DNA of 64,000 bases, taken from Seison nebaliae (Eukaryota). Made by a program: the position numbers and the translations under genes. The notes under the pieces are model-generated. The model did no database searches. It saw nothing but the letters and a program-made list of their open reading frames with translations, and had not been told where the DNA came from. Of this stretch, positions 1-14,800 are shown one piece after another (the first letter of the stretch is position 1; each line of letters begins with the position of its first letter). The stretch spans positions 1 through 64,000 of the forward strand of contig JALJEE010002175.1 of the NCBI GenBank assembly GCA_023231475.1, in the 5' to 3' direction.

Positions 1-290
1 CTAATTCTATGATTTGTTATCGTTTGAAAAGTATTATGTTGATTTCATGTTCTTTTTAGTTAATGAAAGAAATATTAGTATAGAAATTGTATTACTTTTC
101 CTTAATTAGTTTATTACAAAAATATTCTAATCTATTTTAAAGTCTAAATAAAAATGAACTGATAATAATTCGTCTTGTAATTAAATTTCTTATAAATACA
201 TCATCAATTCCCATCTTCCTTGAATAAAGAAGATGAACTGATTGATCAATTATCAATTATCATGAAATATAATTGTGACTTGAAATAACA

Positions 291-860
291 TTAAAATGTT
301 AAATTTTGTAAATGTTCATCTGTGAGACAATTTCTTTTTGGAGTATCAATATTCCCTCCCGATGAGAACATTTGTTCCGCTTTTAAAGAATTTGTCGTGA
401 TACAATTCATTTTTTCGGGAATTTTATAAATAATAATTATTTCGACCTTATGTTTCATCATTTCTTCTGTAAAACCAGTTCAAAAGTGTTTAAGAACCAA
501 TTTAATGTTGAGAAATCTGGTAAATCTTCGTATAATTGTTGTAAATGATTTTTTAAAATTTATTGCAACATCAGATATGTTGAGTTCCATCTTCAATTCC
601 ATCAATAACGTCTAACTTCAATTGATGTGATATGATTTCAATTCTTTAGTGGATGAAAAATTGTGGGTGATTTTTTAACTTCTAAAATAATGTTTTTCTA
701 AGTCTTCACTGTGTCGCGAACAAATGTGTAAAAAATCGAGATTAGTATTTTAATTTCGTAAATAGTTCATTATCGCTATTCTAATGTTTTCGGCACTATG
801 TTCTTCAAAATAGGGAATCATTGTGAAACTAAGCTTTTCGTTTTGACAATTGTGCATCAT
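291..860 (-). mobile_element. Decayed, internally deleted hAT-superfamily transposase
   Basis: Minus-strand translation gives EEHSAENIRIAI (~800), RWNSTYLML (592..566) and a C-terminal dimerisation-like stretch AEQMFSSGGNIDTPKRNCLTDEHLQNLTF* (ends 291). Motifs are in hAT order but broken by stops and frameshifts. No TIRs identified. Confidence 0.85.
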
Positions 861-1232
861 TCTTATTGTCTAATTCTTAACAAGATTTCGACAAATGTTT
901 AATATTGATAAAATATGATTTTCTAATTCATTTCATTTCGAATAGCATCGAAATTATGAATGATATTTGTAAAATAAAGACTTTTAGAGATCTTCTTTAA
1001 TGATTTTATATTTATTTAGAGTTTCTCTGCTATATTATAGCGATTATATTGAAATAAAATAAATACAAAGCTAACAATCTAACAAATAAAGAACTAATAA
1101 TTCAAATTGTACTTATAACGAAAGGAAGAAAAAAAATGTGAAGAAAAAAGAAGAAAAAGCATGAAAAAAGAACTTTTTGAAAAAGGACATTTTCTCGAAC
1201 ATTCTTACAAATATAGAGTGATTGTTTGAAAA

Positions 1233-2405
1233 ATGCCCCTCGATTATTCGCGATGGGATCATATCGATCTTTCCGATGATGAGGACGATCAACATCCAAA
1301 TATTGACAAGCATTCTCTCAATCGTTGGAGACATGAGGCGCGATTGCAGCGAATGGCCGAAGAGAAGAAAAGAGACAAAGAGTTTTCGGAGGCTTATGAA
1401 TTTTATATTAATCGACTCTCCCAAATGGAGACGGAGATGAATGAAAGAAAAGAAAAAGGGGAGACAGTTGAATCGAATTCTCAATTCAAGAAATTGTCAG
1501 ATGAATATGATTTAGCGATAAAAGAGAAAGGAAATTGGGAGGAAAAGAAAGCGACTTGGGAGAAAGAGAAACGATTGAGGAAACATAATGTCGACACATT
1601 ATCAAAACCGAAATTCGACAAAGTCATTATCAATGCGCCAAAAAAAGAAGAATTCGATGACGTCGCCGAAGCGAAATTATCAGAAGAAGAACAACATAAA
1701 GTCTTCGAAAAGTTCATCGAGAAGAATGGAGAAAGAATAAAGAAATTGGGAATGTTAAAGAAACCGATGGACACGAAAGATTTCCTCCGTAATAATATGG
1801 ATCTCGTAACAGAGAAAACGGCGAATTATCTCTCCATTTGGTGTTTGGAATTGGCAATGGCCGATTCCATTTCCTTAATGGATCACGTTTCCGTTAAAGT
1901 AATACAATTACAATTCTTATTTACGATGGCGAAAGAAACGAAACGAAATCCGAAAGATATGGTGTTACCGTTTTTCGACCGTTTGGCTGATAATAATAAT
2001 CAGGCGGTCGACGGATTTTGGGCGGAAGTTGATGCTTTTCGGGGACGAATTAAAAAACGAGCAGCTGAAAAATTAGAAGAGATGAAAGAAGAAGAGGAAG
2101 TGGAAGAAGAAAAAGAAGAATTGACAGAAGAAGAATTGGCGAAAGAAAGAGAGGAACGATTAGGTCCTGGTGGATTGGATCCGTTTGAAGTGATCAATCA
2201 ACTACCAAGTGAATTAGCTGAATGTTTCAGCTCTAGATCTCTGGATCAACTACAGGGCGTTCTGCAAAAAATGCATCCGGCTGATGCCAGCAAATATATG
2301 AAAATGGCAACGGATTCCGGTTTATGGATTCCACAGGATCCTACCGTTTTCAGTGACACTTCCAAAGATGGTGACGGTGAAAAAGTGGAGGAATTGGAAC
2401 AATAA
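1233..2405 (+). CDS. CDC37: Hsp90 co-chaperone Cdc37, intronless, 390 aa
   Basis: Diagnostic N-terminus DYSRWDHIDLSDDEDDQHPNID...RWRHEARLQRM and C-terminal RLGPGGLDPFEV...DSGLW. Confidence 0.97.
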   Translation: MPLDYSRWDHIDLSDDEDDQHPNIDKHSLNRWRHEARLQRMAEEKKRDKEFSEAYEFYINRLSQMETEMNERKEKGETVESNSQFKKLSDEYDLAIKEKGNWEEKKATWEKEKRLRKHNVDTLSKPKFDKVIINAPKKEEFDDVAEAKLSEEEQHKVFEKFIEKNGERIKKLGMLKKPMDTKDFLRNNMDLVTEKTANYLSIWCLELAMADSISLMDHVSVKVIQLQFLFTMAKETKRNPKDMVLPFFDRLADNNNQAVDGFWAEVDAFRGRIKKRAAEKLEEMKEEEEVEEEKEELTEEELAKEREERLGPGGLDPFEVINQLPSELAECFSSRSLDQLQGVLQKMHPADASKYMKMATDSGLWIPQDPTVFSDTSKDGDGEKVEELEQ

Positions 2406-2806
2406 TTTATATTTTATTCTTTCTTATTTTATAGAATTAAACTTCTCGTAGAAGATAATAAAATAAAAATTCTCAAATTATTTCACAATTTTTTCACAAT
2501 TTTTTTAACAATTTTATTTAAAACTAAAAAGTATGAGTGGAGATTTTGTGAAAAAGTATGTCCATTTTAGAAGTAAAATAGCAATACAATTGAAAGAGAC
2601 AAAACAACGTTTCATTTTTAAGGGCCAAATTTTTATTAATATTAATTTTTCGGTTTTTTAATAAGTTAGATAAAAATCTGATAAGACTATTAAAAATTTC
2701 AGTCGCCATCGTTATAGGAGGAAGATTTTTTCTAAATTGTATAAGTTTAACAGAAATTTTATTTAACGTTTTCAAAAGAAGAAATTGGCTAAGTTAATAC
2801 TATAAG

Positions 2807-5800
2807 ATGTCGTCGTCTCGACCAAATTCAAAACGGTTTCTGACGTCATCAGGAAAAATAAAAGATCAACTTCCAAAATATCCTCAAATTAAAGAAAGAG
2901 GTTTCTATTCGGAAGGATTGTCAACTTACAAAGAAGTTGATACACATGAAATATTAACTGGACCGAAAGTAGAGCGAAGTCTCTTTGCCCTATCGAGAGC
3001 TAATCAATACTTTCCACGAGTAAGTGCTGATCGAAGTCGAATGATTTGGGAGGAGGTGCAAAAAGAGCGTGACAATTATCAATATGAGAAATATGCGACT
3101 GATATCGATTCAGATTTCCGACCTGAAACTTATGAGCCGAAAGTCATGTTACCACTTTACAGTCCGCCTGGTCAATTACCTCGAAATGTCCAAGTGGAAC
3201 GATTGAGACGGATTTATTCGAAAGTTGATTTAGCAACTAAAATTAAAGAATTAAATATAAAACAATTATTACCGAATAATAAGAAAGGAAAGAAGATAAA
3301 TTTGAATGAATTAGAATCGAATGATGATGACATGTTTCCACCGTTTCTACCATTGCACTATTTTGATGACGAAGATTTTGATGATTGGACACCAGCTTAT
3401 TGGTTGAAATTGGGTCAAATTAATGGCAATCAATATGCCATACCAGCGAAAGCATATTTACCAGTTAAAGGAACGAGCGAAGAAGTTCATGAATGGCAGA
3501 ATGTCGGAATTCTCACTTATAACCAAGATAAAAATGAATTTTTAGTTCAACGTTGTACCATCGATAATCGATTGAGAGATAAAGATGGAAATAGTATCAG
3601 AACTATTTCATTGAAAGATTTAGATGAATTAGGAGAAGATCAATTTTATCGTCCAAGAATATTCATAAATTTCGCTGCAGAAAATCCAATTGTATTTGCT
3701 CATCGATTATATGAAGCATATCAATTGAGGAAACATGTCGAAGGATTACTCCGTTTCCATTTATATGTGAATTGTATGCCAAATGATGAAAAAAAAATGA
3801 ATGAGGAAGCATTGAGTCGAATAACGGAGAAAACTTTATCAACTCCCAAATTACAAGTACCAGACGATGTCATCGAAATTTATCATACACAAATTCAAAA
3901 TAATTATCAAGCGACACATAACGAAATGAAATTGATCGATTTAGTTTCGAAATTTCCAGAGGAATATTTCTATATCACATTACCGAAAAAAGACACTTGT
4001 CTCTACCGAATCGGAATTGCTGATGTGCCCCACTATCCGTTCAGTGATCAACAATATAGTTTCTCTTTCATTTCTATCTTAACTCAATTGGAAGCGATTC
4101 GTGCGACAAGAACCGTCGTATGGGAATGTCGAGCGATACGAGAACAAACTCTTTTTCAAGTACATAATTTGAAAACGACTAAAATTGACGATTTCGAACA
4201 AACTCAATTACAACAAGCAAGACAAACTTTATTAACGTTAAAAGATCAATGGATTTCCTCATTGAAAAACGGTATCAGAAGTAGTTTCCGGGAATCGGGA
4301 AAAGGATGGTTCAACATTTATGAGACACAATGGGATGTTTATAATATTTCAAAATTGAAAAAATTTATGACATTCGTCAAATTTTGTATGCAAGACGCCA
4401 TCCGATATTTGGTACAAGACTCATTGTATAACTATGAGAAAGTGATTGTCGATTCATGTGCCATTTGTAAGAAAGCGTTAGATGATTCGTTCAAATGGCC
4501 CGCGAATGATTTGGGTAGCAAAATTTTCAAAGACGACAGAACCCCAATGTTTGTAAATGATTTAATTTTGAATCCGTCATTCATTTCCGATACAAAATTA
4601 CCAATCGCTACATATCAAACACCGTTATCGAAATATGAAGATGTGATTATTGAATTGACGAAAAATTCGATTGAATGTGTCAAAACTATTCCACAATTGG
4701 AGAGACATGTAATGGAGAATATTTTTTGGGCGGGCTATCCCGTTCTCGAAGGAGTTGGAGTAAATGAACCATTTGTGAAAGATATTCAGGGAAATTTGAA
4801 AAAAGTTTTGAACGAAACTTTCATTCCGCTCGATATTTATGCGGCCCAATTCGAGAAATATTCGTCATTAATGGAAATTAATATTCCCACTTATCTCAAC
4901 AAAGTTTTCGCACCTGAATGGACGATCGATAAGATTAGGAAAGAAATCATTTCACAACAAGAAACTCTGGTTCGATTGGAGGAAGAATTATATACGAATT
5001 CGGTCAATATTGGGCCGTTTCTAATAAATGTCGATCCGATTCGTAATCAAATTTTTAAAAAACAAAAATCCATTATCGATAATATTTTCGAACATTACGT
5101 CAAATCCATCAGACATAACGTGGAAGAGATTAATCGTCGATATAACGACGTGCAAAGGAAGTTGTTTGAGAAACCGGCACAAATGGAGGAATTGAATGAC
5201 CATCGAGAATGGATGAAAACGATTCCGGATTTGATCGCCGAAAACCAGATTGGAGCAGCGAAAGCGATGGAAGAATATGCGATGTTGGATGAATTCCTCT
5301 TCATTCTGATGGAGGAGGATTTCTCCATAAAACACACACTCCAATCTTGGCCGTATAAACTGGGAATGATGATCGAACAGATTGAAGAAAGTCATGAATC
5401 GGACCAAGAAAAGTTCGCCAAATTACAAGTGGCCGATACTCAGGCACTGAATGAACAATTAGATAATTTGACCATGACTGTTAACGGATTATCGGCACAT
5501 ATCGATATGAATAAAGCCACAGAGAATGCTGTTGAATTGCGACGTGTTCATCGTCAATTGAAAGAATGTCAAGATATGTCAATTCTCTATAATCAACGAG
5601 AACGATTGTTGAATGCACCGTTAACTAATTATGATAAATTGAAACAATTACAAGAAGAATTCGAACCATACTATAATCTCTGGTCGACGGTGGCGGAATG
5701 GGTGAAGGTTCATAACGCCTGGATGACAGATCCGATTACCACGTTCGATTCTGGAAATGTTGAAAAAGTTTTTACTGATCTTTATAAAAATATCAATCGA

Positions 5801-8800
5801 GCAACAAAAGATTTTGAAACAAGTGACGCCGAAAATGTCCTTTTGGTGGCGGAAGAGATTCGAGGACAAATTGAAGAATTCCGTCCGTACGTACCATTAT
5901 TACAAGCGATGAGGAATCCAGGTATGCGTCATCGTCATTGGAATCAGATACAGGACGAAGTGAATATTCCAGTTCGTGCAAAAGCGAATTTATCATTTAA
6001 AAAATGTATCGAAATGGGATTGAATGATCATGTGACGTTCATCGTGAAAGTTTCCGATGAAGCATCAAAAGAATTGGTGATTGAAAGTGCCTTAACGAAA
6101 ATGGAAACGGATTGGGAGAAGATGCAATTCGATGTACAACCTTATAAAGAAACCGGTACTTATATCATCAAAGTGTCGGAAAATATCGTTCAACAATTAG
6201 ATGATCATATCGTGCTAACACAAAGTATGACATTTTCTCCTTATAAGAAAGCTTTTGAGGAAAAATTGAATATTTGGGAGAATAAATTACATATGACTCA
6301 GGATGTATTGGACGAATGGATGCAATGTCAAAGATCATGGCTTTATTTAGAACCGATTTTCACTTCTGAAGATATTCCACGACAATTACCTGTGGAAAGT
6401 AAAAGATATAATACGATGGAGAGAATGTGGAGGAAGATCATGAAGAATGTGAAAGAGAAACCAGATGTAATTTCAGTTTGTGCCGATGCCAGACTGAGAG
6501 ATCAATTGAGAGAATGTAATAAGTTATTAGATCAAGTACAAAAAGGATTGAGTGAATATTTGGAGACGAAACGGATGGCATTTCCACGTTTCTACTTCTT
6601 ATCTGATGACGAATTATTGGAGATTCTCTCACAGACCAAAAATCCAAAAGCCGTTCAACCTCATTTACGGAAATGTTTCGAAAATATCGCCAAAGTTAAA
6701 TTCGAGGAAGATAATCGAATTTCGAAAATGTATTCAGCGGAAAATGAGGAAGTGGATTTCCTTAATAAAATGTATCCCACCGCTAATGTTGAAGAATGGA
6801 TGTTGGATATCGAAAATAATATGGTCGCCACTATCAGGAATTTATTGGAATTGGCAATTCGAGATTATGTGAAGAAGGAACGTACGCAATGGGTACTCAG
6901 TTGGCCGGGTCAAATTGTCATTGCTGTCAGTCAGACATATTGGACATCTCAAGTAACTAGGGCGATAATCGGTCGTGATATTCTTACTTATCAAGATCAG
7001 CAATTGAGCGAATTGGATGGTTTGAGAGAATTGGTAAAACAAGATCTATCCACTAAAGAACGACAAACCTTATCGGCTTTAATTGTGGTGGAAGTTCATG
7101 CGAGAGATGTGGTAGCTAACATGATCACACAACAAGTGGAGAATGCGAATGATTTCGAATGGATATCTCAATTGAGATATTATTGGAGTAACGACATGTT
7201 TATTCGAGCTGTTAATGCCGAATTTCTTTATGGATATGAATATTTGGGAAATACTTCACGATTAGTAATCACTCCACTTACTGATCGATGTTATTTAACA
7301 TTGACCGGTGCATTACACTTGAAATTTGGAGGAGCACCAGCTGGACCTGCTGGTACAGGAAAAACGGAAACCACAAAAGATTTGGCGAAAGCCATGGCTA
7401 TACAATGTGTCGTATTCAATTGTTCGGATCAATTAGATTTCATGGCGATGGGTAAATTCTTTAAAGGCTTAGCGAGGTTTGTATGCTTTCTGATTTTTTT
7501 TTTGAAAAATTTCCCTAAAATAAAAAAATATGGTTTAAATATTTCATTCAATTTCCAGCTGTGGTGCATGGGCTTGTTTCGATGAATTCAATCGAATTGA
7601 TCTCGAAGTATTGTCAGTGATTGCGATGCAAATCGCTCAAATTCAAAAAGCTCTTAAACTCAAGGTATTGGGAGACTATTTCAATTTATTATTATTATCA
7701 TTATTATTAATATCATTAATCGATATTATTATCAATTCACAAAATTCTGCACTTTCACCTTTTCCCTGTAATTAGTGCTGGTAGTTGGGCATGTTTCGAT
7801 GAGTTCAATCGAATCGATATCGAAGTATTATCTGTCATAGCTAACCAAATAACTCAAATTCAGCAGGGTCTTCGTCACAAAGTAAACCATTTCCGCACAA
7901 TTTTATTTTCATTTTCTTCCTTTTTCACCACTAACAACTTAATCAGTTTATTTTTTAAAAATTTCTTCCTCAATTTTTAATCTATTTTCGTTATTTCCTT
8001 CTTTGATATGTTTTTGTGTAGTTTTAAACTAATTTTATGATTTTTTTTTCAAAAATTTTTTTCATAAATTTTTTTTGTAAATGGTTAATTAATTTACGAT
8101 CTGAAATTTTTAGGTGACAAGTTTCGTGTTTGAAGGTGTTGAAATTGCATTGAAACAGTCATGTGCAGTATTTATTACGATGAATCCTGGTTATGCAGGT
8201 CGAACGGAATTGCCTGATAATTTGAAAGTTAAAAAATGATTTCTTATCAATTTTCTTAACATTGAATTCTTGTTAGGCATTATTCCGTCCAGTTGCTATG
8301 ATGGTACCAGATTATGCGTTGATTGCCGAGATTTCATTATTCTCATTCGGATTTGGTGACGCTCGGTCTCTTTCAAAGAAGATTGTCTCCACTTTCAAAT
8401 TATCATCAGAACAATTGAGTTCACAAGTTAAATATTGATTGATCTTAATAATTAAAATTCCTTCGTTCGATTAGGATCATTACGATTTCGGTATGCGAGC
8501 AGTCAAATCGGTAATATCAGCTGCCGGAAATTTAAAACGACAGAATCCAGATTTGGGAGAAGATATCATATGTTTCCGTGCCATTCGAGATGTAAATGTT
8601 CCAAAATTTTTATCCGACGATTTGAAATTATTCGAAGGAATTACCAAAGATTTATTCCCTACTATAGAGTTAAATTTTATGGAATTTTTTAGAATAACTT
8701 TTTAAATATTTTTTAAGAGAACAAGATGTGGATTATGGAGAATTAGTTGATGGTTTGAAGAACGCTTGTAAGAAACAATCGATAAAACCAGTTCCAGAAT

Positions 8801-11800
8801 TTATTGTTAAATGTCTCCAACTATATGACACGACGGTTGTGAGACATGGCCTTATGTTGGTGGGACCGACCGGTTCTGGTAAGACCAAATGTTATAACAC
8901 TCTGAGAATCGCATGTAGTACATTGGATGGAAAGATGGCGCCTGATGGAACACCATTTTCGCAAGTCAAAACATTCGTCTTGAACCCAAAATCGATAACG
9001 ATGGGCCAGTTGTATGGCGAGTTCGATTTATTGACACATGAATGGACTGATGGTATTTTATCAACGATGGTACGACGAGGAGTCGCTGAAGAAAGTGGAA
9101 CTGACCAAATTGAAATGAACATGGAAGAGACCACGGTGAATCCTGACGCTAAAAAATGGTTTGTCTTTGACGGTCCAGTGGACGCCGTATGGATAGAGAA
9201 TATGAATACCGTTTTAGACGACAATAAAAAATTATGTTTGACTTCCGGTGAAATAATCAAGTTAACAGAACGAATGACCATGTTCTTCGAAGTAGCCGAT
9301 TTGGCACAAGCATCACCCGCTACCGTTTCTCGTTGTGGTATGGTATATTTGGAACCGTCAATATTGGGTTTGAAACCGTTTATGCAATGTTGGTTGCAAA
9401 CCCTTCCGGAAACCATGTTACATCATAAACAAAGAATTATAAACTTTTTTAAATTCGTGGTTCATGGATTGGATTATGTGAAGGAGGAATTGAATGAAAT
9501 CATCCCAACAATGAGTAGTGGCTTACTACTTAGTTATTTAAATTTATTAACTTGTTGTCTTTCGCCCTTCTATCCGAAAGTTCCCGGTGTTATTAAAAAG
9601 CCTTCTCAAGTCACCGTTACAATCGACACATCACCATTCTTTGGCGATTTATTAGATATGTATTTAATGTTTTGTTTCATCTGGTCTATTGGAGCCACAT
9701 GTAATGGGAAGAGTCGTGCCAGTTTATCTGATTGGGTGCACGAAAATTTTGAAGGATATGTCACCATGAAAAATATTTTACCGAAAAATGATTCAATTTA
9801 CAATTATTGTATAAATGATAGTATCGTGTTTGCCAGACAACGATTTGTTGATACGAATAAGAAAGACGAAGATAAAGAACCGTTTGAATATAATCCGGCA
9901 TGGATTCATTGGGAAACGATGCAACCGTCAGTCCCCATACCTGCAAATGCCAAATTCGCCAACATAATCATTCCGACACTCGGTACGATTCAAAGTTCAT
10001 ATTTGATGGAATTATTATTGAAATATGATCGAAAAGTTCATTTAATCTTTTCACCAATTTTTTTCATTGATTTTCTCAGGTTTTATGTATCGGACCAACC
10101 GGAACGGGAAAAACAATGACCATCATAAACAAATTGACAAGGTCATTACCGAAAGAATTTCTACCTCAAATTATGAATTTCTCAGCGAAAACTAGTGCGA
10201 ATCAGACACAGGATTTGATCGACAGTAAATTGGATAAACGACGTCGAGGAATTTATGGGCCACCGTTGGGAAAATATTTCGTTTTATTTATCGATGATCT
10301 TAATATGCCGGCACCAGAAGTATACGGTGCTCAACCACCTATTGAATTGATTCGACAATGGTGCGATTTCGGAGGATGGTATGATCGGAAACAAATAGGA
10401 GAATTTAAAACTTTAGTCGATATAAGTTTTTGTGCTGCGATGGGGCCGCCTGGTGGTGGAAGGAACCCAGTCACTCAACGATTAACCCGACATTTTAATC
10501 ATCTGGCATTTATCGAATTAGAGACCAACTCTAAAATTGCAATTTTCTCCAAAATATTCGATTGGTGGATAGAACCAAAATCGAATTTCAAAGAGGAATG
10601 TTCATCTCTTGTCACTCATTGTGTGCAGTTGTATAACACGATAATTGCCGAACTCCTCCCAACGCCCACTCGATCACATTACACGTACAATTTAAGAGAT
10701 TTATCTCGTCTCTTCCAAGGAATATTGATGGTGAATATCGAAACGATGACAAGCACCGACAACATCATAGAACTGGTTTTTCACGAAGCGTTACGTGTGT
10801 TTCAAGATCGATTGATTAACAAAGATGATCGAATGTGGTTCTGGAATGTGTTGAATAAGGAATTTAATAAAGATTTCCCAACTAGTAAGGAAATCAAACG
10901 AATAATTCTTTTCAGTGATATTTGCGGCGCGAGAAATCGTGGGGGGATGAAAAACTACGAAAAAGTTGACGATATCACATTTTTAAAGAAGAAATTAGAT
11001 GAAGGATTAGAAGATTATAATCAAATCAATACGGCTAAGATGAAATTAGTCCTCTTCACTGACGCTATTAAACATATATCGAGAATTTCTCGAATTTTAA
11101 GACAACCAAAAGCCAATGCTTTATTGTTGGGTGTTGGTGGTTCAGGTCGACAATCGTTAACACGTCTCGCCGCTCATATGGCTGAATATGATTGTTTCCA
11201 AATAGAACTATCCAAAAATTATGGGAATCATGAATGGAAAGAAGATCTGAAAAAGTTGATGTTAAAAGCCGGAATTAATAACCATCCAACGGTTTTCTTA
11301 TTTACCGATACCCAAATCAAAAGTGAAAGTTTTCTTGAAGATTTAAATAATATCCTCAACACTGGCGACGTACCGAATATTTATAATAATGATGAATTGG
11401 AACAAATTTATACGTCGATGAAACAGGTGGTAGCCGAGATGGATATGCAACCAACGAAAACTAACTTGTATTCCGCTTTCACTAAACGTGTAATGGCGAA
11501 TCTTCATACGGTAGTGTGTATGAGTCCCATCGGTGAAATATTCCGATCTAGATTACGTCAATTTCCTGCTTTAGTCTGTTGTTGTACGATCGATTGGTTT
11601 AGTGCTTGGCCACCAGAGGCCTTGATTAGTGTGGCGAATATTTTCATACGAGATATGGAGGACGTGAAAGAAGATGATGTTGTTGGTCTCGTACAAATGT
11701 GTGAGACGATTCATTTATCAGTGGAAGAAAAATCGAAAGAATTCAAAGATAGTCTAAACCGTCACAATTATGTCACCCCGACAAGTTATTTGCAACTACT

Positions 11801-14800
11801 TTTAGTTTTCTCCAAATTATACGGAAGGAAACTCCAATCATTGAGACAATCGAGAGAACGGACAAAAACCGGTTTGGATCGATTACTTGATACGGAAGTT
11901 CAAGTTGCCAAATTGCAAACAGAATTAAATTTGAGACGACCAGAATTGGCCGAGGCCATAACTGGGACCGAATCGTCAATGAAAGATATTCAAAGAGATA
12001 CCGAAGTTGCAAATGAGACGAAAATTATCGTCCAGAAAGAAGAGGAGTCTGCATTCGAACAACAAAGACAAACACAATTGATAGCAAATGAAGCGAAAAG
12101 GAATTTAGAGGAAGCAATGCCGGCTTTAGAGGAAGCCAAACAAAGTTTGGCGTCGTTGAATCGAAGTGATGTAGTGGAAGTGAGAACAATGACAAGACCA
12201 CCCGATGGAGTAAAGTTAGTAATGGAAGCCGTTTGTATATTGTTGGAGAAAAAACCGAAAAGAGTTCCCGGTGAGAAATATGGAACGAAAGTTGACGATT
12301 ATTGGGATGTGGCTAAAGCGTTAATGGCCGAACCTCAGAAATTCCTGGAGACTCTACAAAACTATAATAGAGACGAGATGAGTGAAGTGATTATTAATAA
12401 GATTGATCCTTATATTAAAATGGAAGCTTTCACACCAACCAACATCGCCCGAGTAAGTAAAGCAGCCACCAGTATCTGTATTTGGGTGCGAGCGATGTAC
12501 AAATATTATTACGTGTTCAAAGAAGTGGCACCAAAACGAGCAAAATTGGCAGAAGCACAAGCTAGTTTAGATGAAACACAACGAGTTCTCATGCAAGCCA
12601 AAGCACATTTAAAAGAAGTGGAGAACCGTTTGGTGGTTATGAGTACCAATTTGAATGAGGCACTTAGGAAAAAAGAAGATTTAGAGGAGAGAACTAAATT
12701 ATGTGAGGAACGATTGATTCGTGCTGATAAATTGACTACCGGCTTAGCTGATGAGAAAGAACGATGGACGAAGAATATTTCTGATTTGGATTATCTTATT
12801 CAAAATATCGTCGGGGACGTTTTATGTTCGGCAGCAGCCGTCGCTTATCTTGGAGCGTTCACTTCCGAATTTCGCAAAAGTCTCGTTACTCAATGGTTAG
12901 GTCTGTTGGAGAAGGAATCGGTTCCTCATACTAAAAGTTCCACATTAGTCTCCACTTTGGGTGACCAAGTGAAGATCAGGAATTGGGAAATTGCAGGATT
13001 ACCCAAAGACATGTTAAGTGTGGAGAATGCTGTGATTGCTGAACATTCAGAAAGATGGCCGCTCTTCATCGATCCGCAGGGTCAAGCTAACAAATGGATA
13101 AAACGTTTAGAAAGAGATAACGGTTTGGACGTATTAAAAATGACCGATAAAGATTTCCTTCGATCGTTAGAAAACGCGATTCGATTTGGGAAGCCGTGTA
13201 TGTTAGAGAATGTACATGAAGAATTAGATCCGGCTTTAGAGCCGATTTTATTGAAACAGATTTTCAAACAATCAGGTAGTTGGGCAATCCGTTTAGGAGA
13301 CACGACAATTCCATATCATTTGGATTTCAAATTCTTCATCACAACTAAATTACCAAACCCTCATTATACACCAGAAGTATCAGTCAAAGTCACGTTATTA
13401 AATTTCACTTTGTCACAAAGTGGAATGGAAGATCAGATGTTGGGGAAAGTGGTGGCGGAAGAACGACCAGATTTGGAGGAAGCGAAAAATCAATTGATCG
13501 TTTCAAACGCGAAAATGAAGAACGATTTGAAAAATATCGAAGATACGATTTTGGAAAGAATATCCGGATCAGAAAATCCGATTGATGATATCGATCTCAT
13601 CAACGCGTTAGAGGCATCTAAAGAGAAATCGAACGAAATCACAGCAAAAGTGATCGTGGCAGAAGAAACGGAAGAACAATTAGATGCCACACGTTCCCTC
13701 TATGTACCAGTGGCAGTGAATACGAGAATTTTATTTTTCTGCGTTAGTGATTTGAGTAACATCGATCCGATGTATCAATATTCACTGGAATGGTTCACGA
13801 ATATATTTATGAATTCCATTTCTTCCGCACCGAGAGCCGGTTAGACGATTTTTCTATTTAATACAATAAGAAATGAGTGAAATTCCTAAAAAATTTATGA
13901 AAAAAAAATTTTAATAAATCTTTCTTAAAATAGATGATATCGCGTCAAGAATAATCAGCATCAATGACACATTCACTTACTCGTTGTATTCAAATGTTTG
14001 TCGATCGTTGTTTGAGAAACACAAATTATTATTCGCTTTCCTACTCGTTGTACGTCGTCAGATCAATGAGAAAACATTGAATTATGTTAGTTCGTTTTAT
14101 TTTCTCCCCAATTTCATCAAACTGATGGTGGTAGTGATGATATTGAAATGAGTCGATCCCGACGTTTTTCGAAAAGAAATTTCTTGTTAAGTGGTTGAGA
14201 GGCCGTTTTCGATCCCAATAATTTTACTGTCTCCACTTCCTTCTCTTTTTGGAGTATGATGTTCTTCGTGATTGGTTCATGATTGACTGTTCGATGTGAA
14301 TGTGAACGATGTAAAATTTGAGAAAGACAAGAAAAATTGATGAGACTGAAAAAACATTTGGAGAACTTCTCGTTGAATGCGACGTAAAAGAAAAAGTTGG
14401 ATGTGTAACATAATAATAATAAGAGATTGGACGATAATTTCTGCACATTAATTTTCGCACAATTACTCAATGTCAAACTATGTACGATAAGATTCGTCCT
14501 CTCCAACAGATATCGATCAGATAATGAGAATTGAGTCTTGTAATAATATTTTGAAAAGTCGGGCCATGAGATGACGGACATTAAGTTCGATAAGAGGAAT
14601 GCACACACCACCGCCACTAATGTTCTTGTGAGTCGAGTTTCTTCCTTTAATCGTCTCTTAAATGCACTGGAGAATTTGTCATCTTTTTGGAATGTCAGAT
14701 CACGTTTGATTAACGATTTCCCACGAGATATTTTCAATCGAAATGTTTCGGGTAGTGAACGTTGTTTGACGAAGCGTTTCTTTTGGGAATTTCCTGAATT

